Assembly (NCBI GenBank): GCA_963820525.1
Contig: CAWGAA010000001.1
Location: 960,001 to 1,024,000, forward strand
Direction of reading: 5' to 3'
Source of the DNA: an uncultured Spirochaetota bacterium
Lineage (GTDB): Bacteria > Spirochaetota > Spirochaetia > SZUA-6 > Fen-1364
Length of the DNA: 64,000 nucleotides
How positions within the stretch are numbered: the stretch's first letter is position 1; every line of letters starts with the position of its first letter. The notes beneath the pieces are model-generated. The model worked only from the letters and a program-made list of their open reading frames with translations, did no database searches and was not told the origin of the DNA. Positions 20,855 to 30,447 of this stretch are shown piece after piece. A program made the position numbers and the translations under genes.

Positions 20855-21590
20855 ATATATTCTCCGCCTGGATGATGCATGCCCGACCTGGGACAGGCAC
20901 CGCTGGGATGAGGTGGAAGGCCTCGTCAAACGACACGGCGTAAGGCCCATTGTCGCGGTTGTTCCGGCGAACGTGGATACGGCGCTTGTGAGAGGGCCCG
21001 TAGATGAGGGATTCTGGGAGCGCGCCAGCTCCTGGCAGAAAGCGGGATGGATGATCGCGCTGCATGGGTTTTCTCACGCCCTCAGGCGGTCGGGAGGGGG
21101 CCTTGTGCCCGTGAATCGCTACAGCGAGTTCGTCGGCCTGCCGGCGGAAGAGCAGAAGCGCCGAATCCGCGATGGGATAAGCGTGCTGGAGACCAGGGGG
21201 CTTGTCCCGGAGGCGTGGGTGGCCCCGGCGCATGGCATGGATTGGCTGACGCTCGGAGCCCTGAAGACGGAAAGCCGCATCCGGGTGATCAGCGACTCGT
21301 TTTACAGGCGGCCCGTGCGGCGTTGGGGTTTCACATGGATTCCTCAACAGCTCTGGCATCCACGCGTGATGGCGAGCGGGCTCTGGACGATTTGCATCCA
21401 CCCGAACCAGATGGACAGTGCCGGGATGGGCCTGCTGGATGCTTTCCTTTCAGGGCACCGGGAATCTTTCCCGGACCCGAAAGATGTTGCATTCCGGGCC
21501 ATGCCGTATGGGCTTGTGGACGCGGTCTTCAGCGTCGCGTTCCTGGCCGCGCTCCGGATCAAGAGAAAAACGGCAGAAAGGAAGGCGTGA
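20844..21590 (+). CDS. DUF2334/CE4-like polysaccharide deacetylase
   Basis: RLDDACP, LHGFSH, SEFVGL, APAH, TICIHPN. Confidence 0.8.
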   Translation: MRAEYILRLDDACPTWDRHRWDEVEGLVKRHGVRPIVAVVPANVDTALVRGPVDEGFWERASSWQKAGWMIALHGFSHALRRSGGGLVPVNRYSEFVGLPAEEQKRRIRDGISVLETRGLVPEAWVAPAHGMDWLTLGALKTESRIRVISDSFYRRPVRRWGFTWIPQQLWHPRVMASGLWTICIHPNQMDSAGMGLLDAFLSGHRESFPDPKDVAFRAMPYGLVDAVFSVAFLAALRIKRKTAERKA

Positions 21591-23539
21591 TGGGAGAAAG
21601 TGAATTCGAAGTCTTCGTTCCGGGCCGAGTCTGCCTTTTCGGCGAACATTCGGATTGGGCGGGAGGGTACCGGAGGATCAACTCCTCCATCATGCCCGGC
21701 TGCGCAATCATCTGCGGAACCAACCAGGGCCTTCGGGCCCGGGTCCATCCCCACGCCGACCGGTTGATATTCCATTCCTCGCTCATCGCGGACGGCGTGC
21801 GCCAGGATTTCGACATCCCCATGCAGGCAGATGCCCTGCTCGCGGAGGCGCGAAAGGGCGGCTTTTTCAGCTACGTGGCGGGAGTGGCCTACCAGGTTCT
21901 CACGCACAACACCGTGAAAGGGCTGGTCATCGATAACTACGTCACGGACCTTCCCGTGAAAAAGGGGTTGTCGTCCAGCGCCGCGGTCTGCGTGCTTACG
22001 GCCCGGGCTTTCAACCTGGCCTATGACCTGAAGATGACCGTGCGCGGCGAGATGGACTACGCGTATCGCGGTGAAATCACGACGCCTTCCCGCTGCGGGA
22101 GGATGGACCAGGGCTGCGCGTACGGATCCCGTCCCGTCATGATGAGCTTCGACGGCGACTCCCTGGATGTGTCGGAGCTTGCCTGCGGTGCGGATCTGCA
22201 TTTCATTGTCGCGGACCTCAAGGCCACCAAGGACACGGTCAAGATCCTGGCGGACCTGAACAAGGCATTTCCTTTCGCGGAGAACGAGATTGAAAAGGGA
22301 GTGCAGGAATACCTGGGGCCCATCAACTGCCGCATAATTACGGAGGCCGCGGACGCGCTGCGTGCCGGGAATGCCGAGCGGCTCGGCACGCTCTTGAGCG
22401 AGGCTCAGTCCAATTTCGACCGCTATGCAGCCCCAGCATGCCCCGAGCAGCTTACGGCGCCGGTCCTGCATCGGGTGCTCTCCTTCCCCTCTCTGGCCCC
22501 GCACGTGCTCGGCGGCAAGGGCGTGGGCAGCCAGGGCGACGGCTCCGTGCAGTTTCTCTGCAGGGACGAGCAGAGCAGGGAAGCCGCCATTCGCATTCTC
22601 GAGAACGACCTGGGGCTCTCCTGCCTGAGGCTTACGGTTCCCCGGAGCAAGAAGATCAGGAAAGCCGTCATCACGGCCGCTGGCTACGGAACTCGCCTGT
22701 TTCCCATGACAGCAGCAGTGCGCAAGGAATTCCTGCCGGTTGTAGACAACAAGGGACGCATGCTTCCCCTCATCCTCGCCAACGTGGAAGAGGCCGTGGA
22801 AGCCGGAATCGAGGAAATCTGCATCATCATCCAGGAGCAGGATCGCGCCTTCTTCCAGGACTTCTTCGGGCAGAACATCCCCGCGGCGCTCTACGATAAG
22901 TTGTCCGCTCATGCGCGGGAAAGCCTTTCCGCAATCAGGGACATCGGCAAGCGGGTCGTCCTGCGCGCCCAAGAGGAGCAGAAGGGGCTCGGCCATGCAG
23001 TGTACCAGGTGCGGGACTGGGTGGGGAACGAGCCTTTCATGCTGGTGCTTGGAGACCACCTCTTCGTTCGGCGGGCCGCAAAGGCGTGCGCCAGGCAGCT
23101 GGTGGACCGGTTCGAGGGGCTGGAAACAGCCCTCATCGGCCTGCAGCCCACGCCGGAATCCGAAGTGGGGCGTTTTGGAACGGTTGGCGGCGCATGGGTG
23201 GACGGCGATGACAAACGGGATCTCATCGACATTTCCATGTTCAAGGAAAAGCCGGACAAAGAGTTCGCCGCAGAGTACCTGGGCGTGGAAGGACTGCCCG
23301 ATCGGACGTACCTGACCGTCTTCGGACTCTACCTGCTGACACCCGGGATTTTCGATGTGCTTCAAAGAAGCATTCAGGAGTGCGGAGGCGACGGGCGCGA
23401 AATTCAGCTCACCGATGCGCTGGATGACCTGCGCAGAAAGGAACGCGTCCTGGGCCTCCTTATCCAAGGGGAGAAGATCGATATTGGCCTTCCTATGGGA
23501 TACATCGACGGCCTCCTCAAGTTCTCGGGACGCGCATGA
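21590..23539 (+). CDS. Fusion of a GHMP sugar kinase and a GalU-like sugar-1-phosphate nucleotidyltransferase
   Basis: N-terminus PGRVCLFGEHSD, PVKKGLSSSAA, GRMDQ, GGKGVGSQGDG; C-terminus KAVITAAGYGTRLFP...KE, QKGLGHAV, LGD, EKP, EIQLTDAL. Confidence 0.88.
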   Translation: MGESEFEVFVPGRVCLFGEHSDWAGGYRRINSSIMPGCAIICGTNQGLRARVHPHADRLIFHSSLIADGVRQDFDIPMQADALLAEARKGGFFSYVAGVAYQVLTHNTVKGLVIDNYVTDLPVKKGLSSSAAVCVLTARAFNLAYDLKMTVRGEMDYAYRGEITTPSRCGRMDQGCAYGSRPVMMSFDGDSLDVSELACGADLHFIVADLKATKDTVKILADLNKAFPFAENEIEKGVQEYLGPINCRIITEAADALRAGNAERLGTLLSEAQSNFDRYAAPACPEQLTAPVLHRVLSFPSLAPHVLGGKGVGSQGDGSVQFLCRDEQSREAAIRILENDLGLSCLRLTVPRSKKIRKAVITAAGYGTRLFPMTAAVRKEFLPVVDNKGRMLPLILANVEEAVEAGIEEICIIIQEQDRAFFQDFFGQNIPAALYDKLSAHARESLSAIRDIGKRVVLRAQEEQKGLGHAVYQVRDWVGNEPFMLVLGDHLFVRRAAKACARQLVDRFEGLETALIGLQPTPESEVGRFGTVGGAWVDGDDKRDLIDISMFKEKPDKEFAAEYLGVEGLPDRTYLTVFGLYLLTPGIFDVLQRSIQECGGDGREIQLTDALDDLRRKERVLGLLIQGEKIDIGLPMGYIDGLLKFSGRA

Positions 23540-24252
23540 TCGATGTCAGGCGCCGCAGGCACGGGATACCGTACGCGCAGAAGTGGTTCGCGCGTTCGGT
23601 GCGCCGCGCCGATCTGTTTGGATTTATTGCGTACTACCAGTATCTGGGCGACCGGGCGCCCGCGCTTTTCACCCGGCGCACCTTTTCAACCATCCTGATC
23701 GATATCTGTCGGGAACCCGAAGCCATCCTGGGGGATATGCATAGAAACGTCCGCTATGAAATCCGCCGGGCTGACACCGAAAACCTGGAATGGGAGGCCG
23801 GCGTTGACCTCGCCGTGTTCGCTTCTTTCCATGAAGCGTTCGTGAGCAAGCGGGCGATCCATGGCGTGGATGAAGAACGCCTCCTGTCGTTCGGCTCGTC
23901 GCTTTTGCTCTCGCGCTCGAGCCGTGACGGCAGGACACTGGCCCAGCACGCCTACATTGTGGACCCTGCCGAAAGCAGGGCTCGCTTCCTCTATTCCTCC
24001 TCGGGCCGCTTTCTTGACGGCGATTCCGCCCTGGCGGGGCGCGCCAACCGCTGGTGTCATTGGAAGGACATGCTGCACCTGCGTGGACTGGGCGTTCGCA
24101 CCTACGACCTGGGCGGAATAGCGACAGGCTCGGTGGACCCTGCCCTCGCCGGGATCAATGAGTTCAAGCTTCGCTTTGGCGGGACGGTTGTGCGTGAGGA
24201 CCACTGGCTGTCGCCCCTGTACCTGCTTGCATCCCTACTGGGGTCTCCATGA
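23536..24252 (+). CDS. FemAB/GNAT-like acyltransferase
   Basis: VRYEIRRA, YDLGG, GINEFKLRFGG. Confidence 0.7.
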   Translation: MIDVRRRRHGIPYAQKWFARSVRRADLFGFIAYYQYLGDRAPALFTRRTFSTILIDICREPEAILGDMHRNVRYEIRRADTENLEWEAGVDLAVFASFHEAFVSKRAIHGVDEERLLSFGSSLLLSRSSRDGRTLAQHAYIVDPAESRARFLYSSSGRFLDGDSALAGRANRWCHWKDMLHLRGLGVRTYDLGGIATGSVDPALAGINEFKLRFGGTVVREDHWLSPLYLLASLLGSP

Positions 24253-25418
24253 GCGAAGCCCCGGCAGTTCTCCTTATCAACAGCCCGGGAACGGGCGGCG
24301 CCGAGCGCGCGGTGGCCGCGGCCGCGGCGCGCCTCAAAGAGATGGGACGCGATGTGCGGCTTCTGTGCCTCGAGCGCGCCCCCTTAAGCGGAGCTTTGTC
24401 CGCACATGTCCCGGTCGAATACCTCTCCAGCCTGAGTGCCCACGCAAACCCTGCCCTCAAGCTCCTTGCGCTTCCCTTTCTTGCCCTCCGTCTTTCAGCC
24501 TACCTGTCAGCCGAAAGCATCCCCGTTGTCATGAGCCACCTTTTCAGGGCCAATTTCGTCAATGTCCTGGCCCGTGTGCTCGCTCGCTCCCGGCATAGGG
24601 CTGTGCTCGTGAATCACACGCGGGTGAGCCGCCTTGCCGGCGAAGGTCTTGCGGGCCGGATCAACTGGGCGCTCTGCCAAATGCTGTACCCTCGGGCTGA
24701 TTGCGTGGCGAGCGTTTCCACAGGGGCGGCGCGTGAGTGTGCTCGCCTTCTTCGATTGCCTGCTTCACGGTCGATCACGCTCTACGATCCGATCAACACC
24801 TCTTTGGCGGCCTCCGCGGCAGCCGGAGCGCGACCGGCTCATGCCATTGCGGCTGTCGGCAGGCTTGTCGGCTTGAAGAGGTTCCCGGACCTCATCGATG
24901 CCTTCTCCAGGGTGGCGCCGGACTTCCCGGGCCTCCAGCTGCGCCTTGTCGGCGGGGGCCCCGAGCAGTCACGGCTCGAGCGCCGAGCCGCCGCCACGGG
25001 AGTCTCGGCACGGATCCGCTTTCTGGGTCAATCCGCCGAACCGGCTGCGGCAATGGCCGGGTGCGCCGTCTTTGTATCGACATCCGAAACCGAAGGCTTT
25101 GGCATGGCGATTGTCGAGGCTCTGGCCGCGGGCGTCCCCGTTATCGCCTCGGATTGTGCCTATGGACCTCGGGAGATTCTGGCTCCATCCACAGATCAAA
25201 CGCGTCTCCTTCCGTTTGGTGCCGATATTGAAATTGCGCGCTATGGAATCCTGTATCCCGTTGGATCGGTGGATGCTCTGGAAAAGGCGCTGCGGAGGGT
25301 CCTGGCGGATTCCGCTCTGCGGGCGGAGCTTGCGCGGAGAGGGCCCGAGCGGGCGGCGGACTTCTCCGTGGATCGCTCGACGGCCCAGTACGACAGACTG
25401 CTCTTTCCCGGACAATGA
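24249..25418 (+). CDS. GT4 (PglJ/WabH-like) glycosyltransferase
   Basis: GGAER, VGRL...K, EGFGMAIVEALAAGVPVIASDC..GP.EI. Confidence 0.9.
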   Translation: MSEAPAVLLINSPGTGGAERAVAAAAARLKEMGRDVRLLCLERAPLSGALSAHVPVEYLSSLSAHANPALKLLALPFLALRLSAYLSAESIPVVMSHLFRANFVNVLARVLARSRHRAVLVNHTRVSRLAGEGLAGRINWALCQMLYPRADCVASVSTGAARECARLLRLPASRSITLYDPINTSLAASAAAGARPAHAIAAVGRLVGLKRFPDLIDAFSRVAPDFPGLQLRLVGGGPEQSRLERRAAATGVSARIRFLGQSAEPAAAMAGCAVFVSTSETEGFGMAIVEALAAGVPVIASDCAYGPREILAPSTDQTRLLPFGADIEIARYGILYPVGSVDALEKALRRVLADSALRAELARRGPERAADFSVDRSTAQYDRLLFPGQ

Positions 25419-26557
25419 GGAACGCGGTGCATAACGATCACGTCGTCATATCCTACAACACCAGCTGGTACGTCTATAACTTCCGGCTGCCCCTCATCCG
25501 GGCGCTTTCACAAGCGGGGTGGAGGGTCACCGTGCTCTCTCCCCGTGACGAATACACGGACCGCGTGCTGGAGTCCGGTGCCGCGCATCGCGCAATAGAG
25601 CTGGAGCCAAAGGGGATCAATCCAATCCGCGAGCTCAAGGCCATCCGCAATTTCAAGACCGCCTACCGCGAGCTTGCCCCGGCCGTGGCCTTGCAGTACA
25701 CGATCAAGCCCAATATCTATGGCTCCCTCGCCGCTCGGGCCGTCGGCGTTCCCGTCATCAACACCATCACGGGACTGGGAGTCATGTTCAGCGGCGGGCC
25801 CAAGGAGCTGTTGGTCCGCATGCTCTATCGATTTGCCTTTGCGCGGGCCGAGCTCACCCTCTTTCAGAACCCCGACGACATGAGGCTTTTTCTGGCTAAC
25901 GGCATGGTGAAGACGGGACGAATCGGACTGCTTCAGGGATCCGGCGTGGACTGCGAGCGCTTTTCTCCGCGGCCTCGAGGTTCCGGGCCCTTCACGTTCC
26001 TTCTGGCGGCGCGTCTCCTGCGAGCCAAGGGCGTCGAAGATTTCGTGGCCGCCGCGCGGCACGTGAAGTCACGACATCCGGATTCCCGATTCGTGCTTCT
26101 GGGCAGCCATGATGCGGCGGATCCCGAATACGCGGATTCCGTCCTTCTGTCCCGCGCGGCTTCCGACGGCACGGTGGAGCATCACGGACATGTGGATGAT
26201 GTCAGGCCGTTCATTGCGTCGGCTGACTGCGTGGTGCTTCCATCCTACTACCGGGAGGGAGTGCCGCGCTCCCTCCTGGAGGCGGCCAGCATGGGCAAGC
26301 CCCTGATCGCCGCGAACTCCGTGGGCACGCGGGAGCCGGTGCGGGATGGGGAAAACGGCTTTCTCTGCCGTCCACGCGACCCCGCGGACCTTGCGGCGAA
26401 GATGGAAGCGCTGATCAGGATGCCCAAGGACAGGCGCGCCGCCATGGGCGCTTCATCGCGTCGATATGTCATTGAACGCTTCCAAGAGCGCTCCGTCATC
26501 GACACGTACCTGGAAGCGGTGCAACGCCTTGCCGAGCGCAAGGGGCGGATGCCGTGA
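25415..26557 (+). CDS. GT4 (CapM/PglA-like) glycosyltransferase
   Basis: NFRLPLI, TIKPNIYG, TITGLG, FQNPDD, GSGVD, REGVPRSLLEA. Confidence 0.92.
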   Translation: MRNAVHNDHVVISYNTSWYVYNFRLPLIRALSQAGWRVTVLSPRDEYTDRVLESGAAHRAIELEPKGINPIRELKAIRNFKTAYRELAPAVALQYTIKPNIYGSLAARAVGVPVINTITGLGVMFSGGPKELLVRMLYRFAFARAELTLFQNPDDMRLFLANGMVKTGRIGLLQGSGVDCERFSPRPRGSGPFTFLLAARLLRAKGVEDFVAAARHVKSRHPDSRFVLLGSHDAADPEYADSVLLSRAASDGTVEHHGHVDDVRPFIASADCVVLPSYYREGVPRSLLEAASMGKPLIAANSVGTREPVRDGENGFLCRPRDPADLAAKMEALIRMPKDRRAAMGASSRRYVIERFQERSVIDTYLEAVQRLAERKGRMP

Positions 26558-27621
26558 AAATCCTCGTGACGGGCGCCGCCGGCTTTATCGGCTTTCATCT
26601 CTGCCGAAGAATCTCACGGGAGGGCAATGAGGTTATCGGCATCGACTCCATCAGCGACTACTACGATCCTGCGCTCAAGTACGCGCGCCTCGCGGAGCTT
26701 GGCATCGCCCGGGCGGCCGCGGATTCCGGCGGTTTGTCGCACAGCGACGGGCTCCCCGCCTTCAGTTTCCTTCGCCTGGCCCTGGAGGACAGGGCCGGCA
26801 TGGAGCGGCTCTTCAGCGAGCAGCGCTTTGCGCGTGTATTCCACATTGCGGCTCAGGCCGGTGTACGCTACAGCATCCAGAATCCGCGCGCCTATGTCGA
26901 GACGAACATCGGGGGCTTCCTGAATGTCCTGGAAGGATGCCGCGCGCTTTCCGTGAGCCACCTCGTTTTCGCATCCAGCTCTTCCGTCTATGGGCTTTCC
27001 CGTCGCATCCCCTTCAGCGAGCATGACCCCGCAGATCACCCGGTGAGCCTCTACGCGGCCACGAAAAAATCCAACGAGATGATGGCGCACGCCTACAGCC
27101 ACCTCTACGGAATTCCTTCAACGGGCTTGAGGTTTTTCACGGTGTATGGGCCGTGGGGCAGGCCCGATATGGCGTATTATAAATTTGCCCGGGCCATCGC
27201 GGAAGGCGCGCCGATAGACCTTTACAACTCCGGGGACATGATGCGCGACTTCACCTACATAGACGACGTTGTGGACGGCGTCGTGCGCGTCATGGACCAT
27301 CCTCCGGTTCCGGATCGGGGATGGAATCCCGAGCACCCGGATCCCGCGGCATCCGCTGCCCCCTTCCGGATCTACAATATCGGAAACAACCGGGCCGAGC
27401 CGCTCATCAACCTGGTGTCGGCGCTGGAGCGGTGCATGGGGCGCACAGCACGGCGTCGTCTCCTGCCCATGCAGCCGGGAGACGTCTACGCAACCGAGGC
27501 CGACGTGTCGGACATGGAGCGCGACTTCGGCTGGAAGCCCTCGACCTCCCTCGATGAAGGAGTGGCGCGTTTTGTCCGGTGGTTCACGGCGTATCACGGG
27601 AGCGGGGCCGGCCCCGCCTGA
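26554..27621 (+). CDS. UDP-glucuronate 4-epimerase (NAD-dependent)
   Basis: GAAGFIG, AQAGVRYS, ASSSSVYG, SLYAATKK, GLRFFTVYGPWGRPDMA, MQPGDV. Confidence 0.93.
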   Translation: MKILVTGAAGFIGFHLCRRISREGNEVIGIDSISDYYDPALKYARLAELGIARAAADSGGLSHSDGLPAFSFLRLALEDRAGMERLFSEQRFARVFHIAAQAGVRYSIQNPRAYVETNIGGFLNVLEGCRALSVSHLVFASSSSVYGLSRRIPFSEHDPADHPVSLYAATKKSNEMMAHAYSHLYGIPSTGLRFFTVYGPWGRPDMAYYKFARAIAEGAPIDLYNSGDMMRDFTYIDDVVDGVVRVMDHPPVPDRGWNPEHPDPAASAAPFRIYNIGNNRAEPLINLVSALERCMGRTARRRLLPMQPGDVYATEADVSDMERDFGWKPSTSLDEGVARFVRWFTAYHGSGAGPA

Positions 27622-27630
27622 CCGCGGTTC

Positions 27631-27659
27631 TTGAAAGAGGACGGGGGCCACGGTATGCT
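27631..27659 (+). promoter_or_regulatory. Putative sigma70 promoter for the permease operon
   Basis: TTGAAA-17 nt-TATGCT upstream of ATG 27718. Confidence 0.5.
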
Positions 27660-27717
27660 TTGGAGAGACGATGAGCAGTGCAGAAAACCCTCCGCGTCGC
27701 GCGGATCAGGGGCTTGA

Positions 27718-29217
27718 ATGATCCTCTTCCGCATTGCGCTGCGAAATCTCGGACGCCGCGGGCGTAAAAACCTGGTCGTGGCGGCCCTCATCGCAGTCGG
27801 CATCGCGGTGTTTCTCTTCGCAAACGCGGTGCTTGAAAGCTCGATCGGCGGGATACAGCACGCATTCTCCGATAATTTCACGGCGGACCTGTCCGTGAGC
27901 GAGACGAGCGACCAGTCCTTCAGCCTCCTCGGCCCGGACATTCCCGTGATCGGCGAGTACGAGTCCGAGCCGGTGCTCTTGAACGCCGCGGATATCGGCG
28001 CGCGCATTGCCCGCTTTCCCGGTGTGGCGGGCATGGCCTATGTTCTTTCATCTCCGCTCCTGGTGGAGGCGGGCGGCGCCCGCGACAACGCACTGGGGCT
28101 CGGCGTGATCGGATCCGAGTACTTTTCCCTCTTCCGTGGGCTTCTCTTCACGGCAGGCGCTCCGCCGGCTCCCGGAAGCTCAGGATGGGTGGTGATCTCC
28201 CAGGAATGGGCGCGGAAGATCGAGGCTGCGCAGGGCCGGCCCCCGATCCCGGGAGACACGGTGCAGCTGTCGTTCTTCCAAAACCAGTCCTTCAGCATCC
28301 GGGAGGCAACGCTGGCAGGTGTGGTCAGCTACCAGCCCAGCAACGAAGCCCTCGGCCGCGTGGTCATTGTGGACGCCCGAATACTTCGGGCCCTCTGCGG
28401 GTATTCGCAAACGGATAAACCGCCGGAAAGGGCGTTGTCTTCGTCAGCCTCGAACGATCGGGGTGCGACGCAAGACATAGACTCGCTCTTCCAAGCAGGC
28501 GCGAGCCCTCCCTCCAGCGGCGGCCATGAAGCCGACTCTTCGTCCCCGGTCAGCGTGAATGAGCTTGAAAAAATCATGCGCGAGGCGCACCGCAAAGGCG
28601 CGGCCTCCGATGCGTCCCCCCTCGGCCACGACGGAGCATGGCACTTCATTCTTGTCAGGACCGCGCCGGGGGCCGACAGGGGCCGCATTGCCGCGATGCT
28701 GCGCAGGGACCTTGCCGCCGCGGGCATGTCGATCCAGGTCAGAGACTGGCGCGGGACGGCGGGCGCCGTTGCCCTCTACGTCTCTCTCATGCAATTCGTC
28801 CTCTACGTCGGCATGTTCATGGTCGGGGGTATCGTTCTCATTCTGACCATGAACTCCCTGGTCATGTCGGTTTTCGAGCGAACCTCGGAGATCGGCACCA
28901 TGCGCGCCATCGGCGCCCAGCAGGCATTCATTCGCGGGCTGTTTATCGTTGAGACCACATCGCTCACCCTGTTCTCCGGCGCCGCGGGGATTCTCCTCGG
29001 CTCGGCGGCCGTGGTGGTCCTTGACCGGGCTTCCCTCCAATTCACCAATCAGATTCTCATCCTCCTTTTCGGCGGAACGTCCCTTCACCCCGTCGTCTCC
29101 AGCGGCAATATCGCGCTCTCCGCCATCGCCTCGCTGGTCCTTGGAACCGTGGCCTGGGTGTACCCCGTCCGGCTGGCTCTGCGGATTGCCCCCATCCGCG
29201 CCATTCATTCAACCTGA
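27718..29217 (+). CDS. ABC permease, FtsX/LolE/MacB type
   Basis: IALRNL..R, one TM plus periplasmic domain plus three TMs, SVFERTSEIGTMRAIGA. Confidence 0.9.
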   Translation: MILFRIALRNLGRRGRKNLVVAALIAVGIAVFLFANAVLESSIGGIQHAFSDNFTADLSVSETSDQSFSLLGPDIPVIGEYESEPVLLNAADIGARIARFPGVAGMAYVLSSPLLVEAGGARDNALGLGVIGSEYFSLFRGLLFTAGAPPAPGSSGWVVISQEWARKIEAAQGRPPIPGDTVQLSFFQNQSFSIREATLAGVVSYQPSNEALGRVVIVDARILRALCGYSQTDKPPERALSSSASNDRGATQDIDSLFQAGASPPSSGGHEADSSSPVSVNELEKIMREAHRKGAASDASPLGHDGAWHFILVRTAPGADRGRIAAMLRRDLAAAGMSIQVRDWRGTAGAVALYVSLMQFVLYVGMFMVGGIVLILTMNSLVMSVFERTSEIGTMRAIGAQQAFIRGLFIVETTSLTLFSGAAGILLGSAAVVVLDRASLQFTNQILILLFGGTSLHPVVSSGNIALSAIASLVLGTVAWVYPVRLALRIAPIRAIHST

Positions 29218-29224
29218 GGGACGG

Positions 29225-30436
29225 ATGATAGCGCGGGTCGCTTTTCGGAACTTCACCCGGAACAGCCGCCGGTTCCTTCTGCTGGGCCTGGCGGTGACGG
29301 CGGGCTTCTTCTTCGTGTGCACGGTTCAGGCGCTTGTCGCGGGACTCTCGTATCAGATCAGCACGCGCGGGGCCCGCTTCTACGGGGGGCATGTCATTGT
29401 CGGAAGGGCCGGGGATACCCCGCCGGACATGACGCCCAACCAGGAGGACCGCTTCATCCTGGATGCCATCTCCCGCGCGGGAATCCGACCTGCCGCCATT
29501 TCACACCGGACGCACTTCGGAGTCGACGGGATCGTGTTCTTCAACGGGGAAGCCGTGAGGATACGCCGGGTCATCGGCATGGACTGGTCCACGGAAGGGC
29601 CCAAGATCAAAGGGCTTCAGTTCGTCTCAGGGAAGCCCGACCAGATGACCGACCCCACCGGCGTCCTGATCTCGGAAGTGACCGCGCGGAACTTGGGGGC
29701 GCGCGTCGGAGATCAGATCACCCTTCAGGTGAATCGGGAGGGCGGCGCGATAAACACCATCCCACTGTGGGTGAAGGCCATATTCCGGGAAGTGAGCATC
29801 TTCGGCTATTACACCGTGTACATGGACCGAAGCGTCCTGGATCAGGCCCTCGGCTTTGACCCGAACTACAGCGCCACCGTGGGCATCTACCTGGACGATT
29901 ACAGAAAGGCGGACAGGGTGGCGGCCCGGCTTCACAAGATGCTGGACGGCCGATACACCGCCTCGCCCGTGGTGAGCTTGATGGAGGAGATCAGGACGAT
30001 GCTCGAAGCGCTCTCGGCTATCAGCTTCGGCATTCTGGCGCTCCTTGCCATTGTCATTGCGGTGGGAATACTCAACCTGTACCGGGTGATCATCTACGAG
30101 CGAACCCGGGAGATAGGCACAATGCGCGCCATCGGGGTCCAGAGGGCCCAGGTGCGCAACATCGTTCTCTGCGAGGCATTCTTCCTCGCGCTGTGCAGCG
30201 TGGCCGCCGGCCTCGCCTTAAGCGTTCTGGCCCTGTGGGCGCTGTCCCGGATCCCGCTCAGCGGCGCGGCGGGTTTCGACATCTTCCTGGACCGCGGGCA
30301 CCTGAGCTGGTTTCTGCATCCCGACAACGTGGGAACAGATGCGGTGTTCATCATCCTGATCACCCTCTTGGGCGCCCTGAGCCCTGCCCATTCTGCGCAA
30401 TCCATCGAGCCCGTGGTTGCCATCAGGGCTGAATGA
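29225..30436 (+). CDS. ABC permease, FtsX/LolE/MacB type
   Basis: AFRNF.RN.RR, LGARVGD, ERTREIGTMRAIG. Confidence 0.9.
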   Translation: MIARVAFRNFTRNSRRFLLLGLAVTAGFFFVCTVQALVAGLSYQISTRGARFYGGHVIVGRAGDTPPDMTPNQEDRFILDAISRAGIRPAAISHRTHFGVDGIVFFNGEAVRIRRVIGMDWSTEGPKIKGLQFVSGKPDQMTDPTGVLISEVTARNLGARVGDQITLQVNREGGAINTIPLWVKAIFREVSIFGYYTVYMDRSVLDQALGFDPNYSATVGIYLDDYRKADRVAARLHKMLDGRYTASPVVSLMEEIRTMLEALSAISFGILALLAIVIAVGILNLYRVIIYERTREIGTMRAIGVQRAQVRNIVLCEAFFLALCSVAAGLALSVLALWALSRIPLSGAAGFDIFLDRGHLSWFLHPDNVGTDAVFIILITLLGALSPAHSAQSIEPVVAIRAE

Positions 30437-30447
30437 AGAGGAGCTGT

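Noticed and set aside
21047..21589. Long N-terminal extensions in the ORF track (also at 4520, 10752, 15446, 28949 and 31118)
   Set aside because: They overlap upstream genes in another frame; coupled downstream starts fit better
21344..23467. 707-aa antisense ORF, and similar long shadows at 16911, 38563, 50779 and 52179
   Set aside because: They lie antisense to clear genes and are expected from GC-rich codon bias; no motifs
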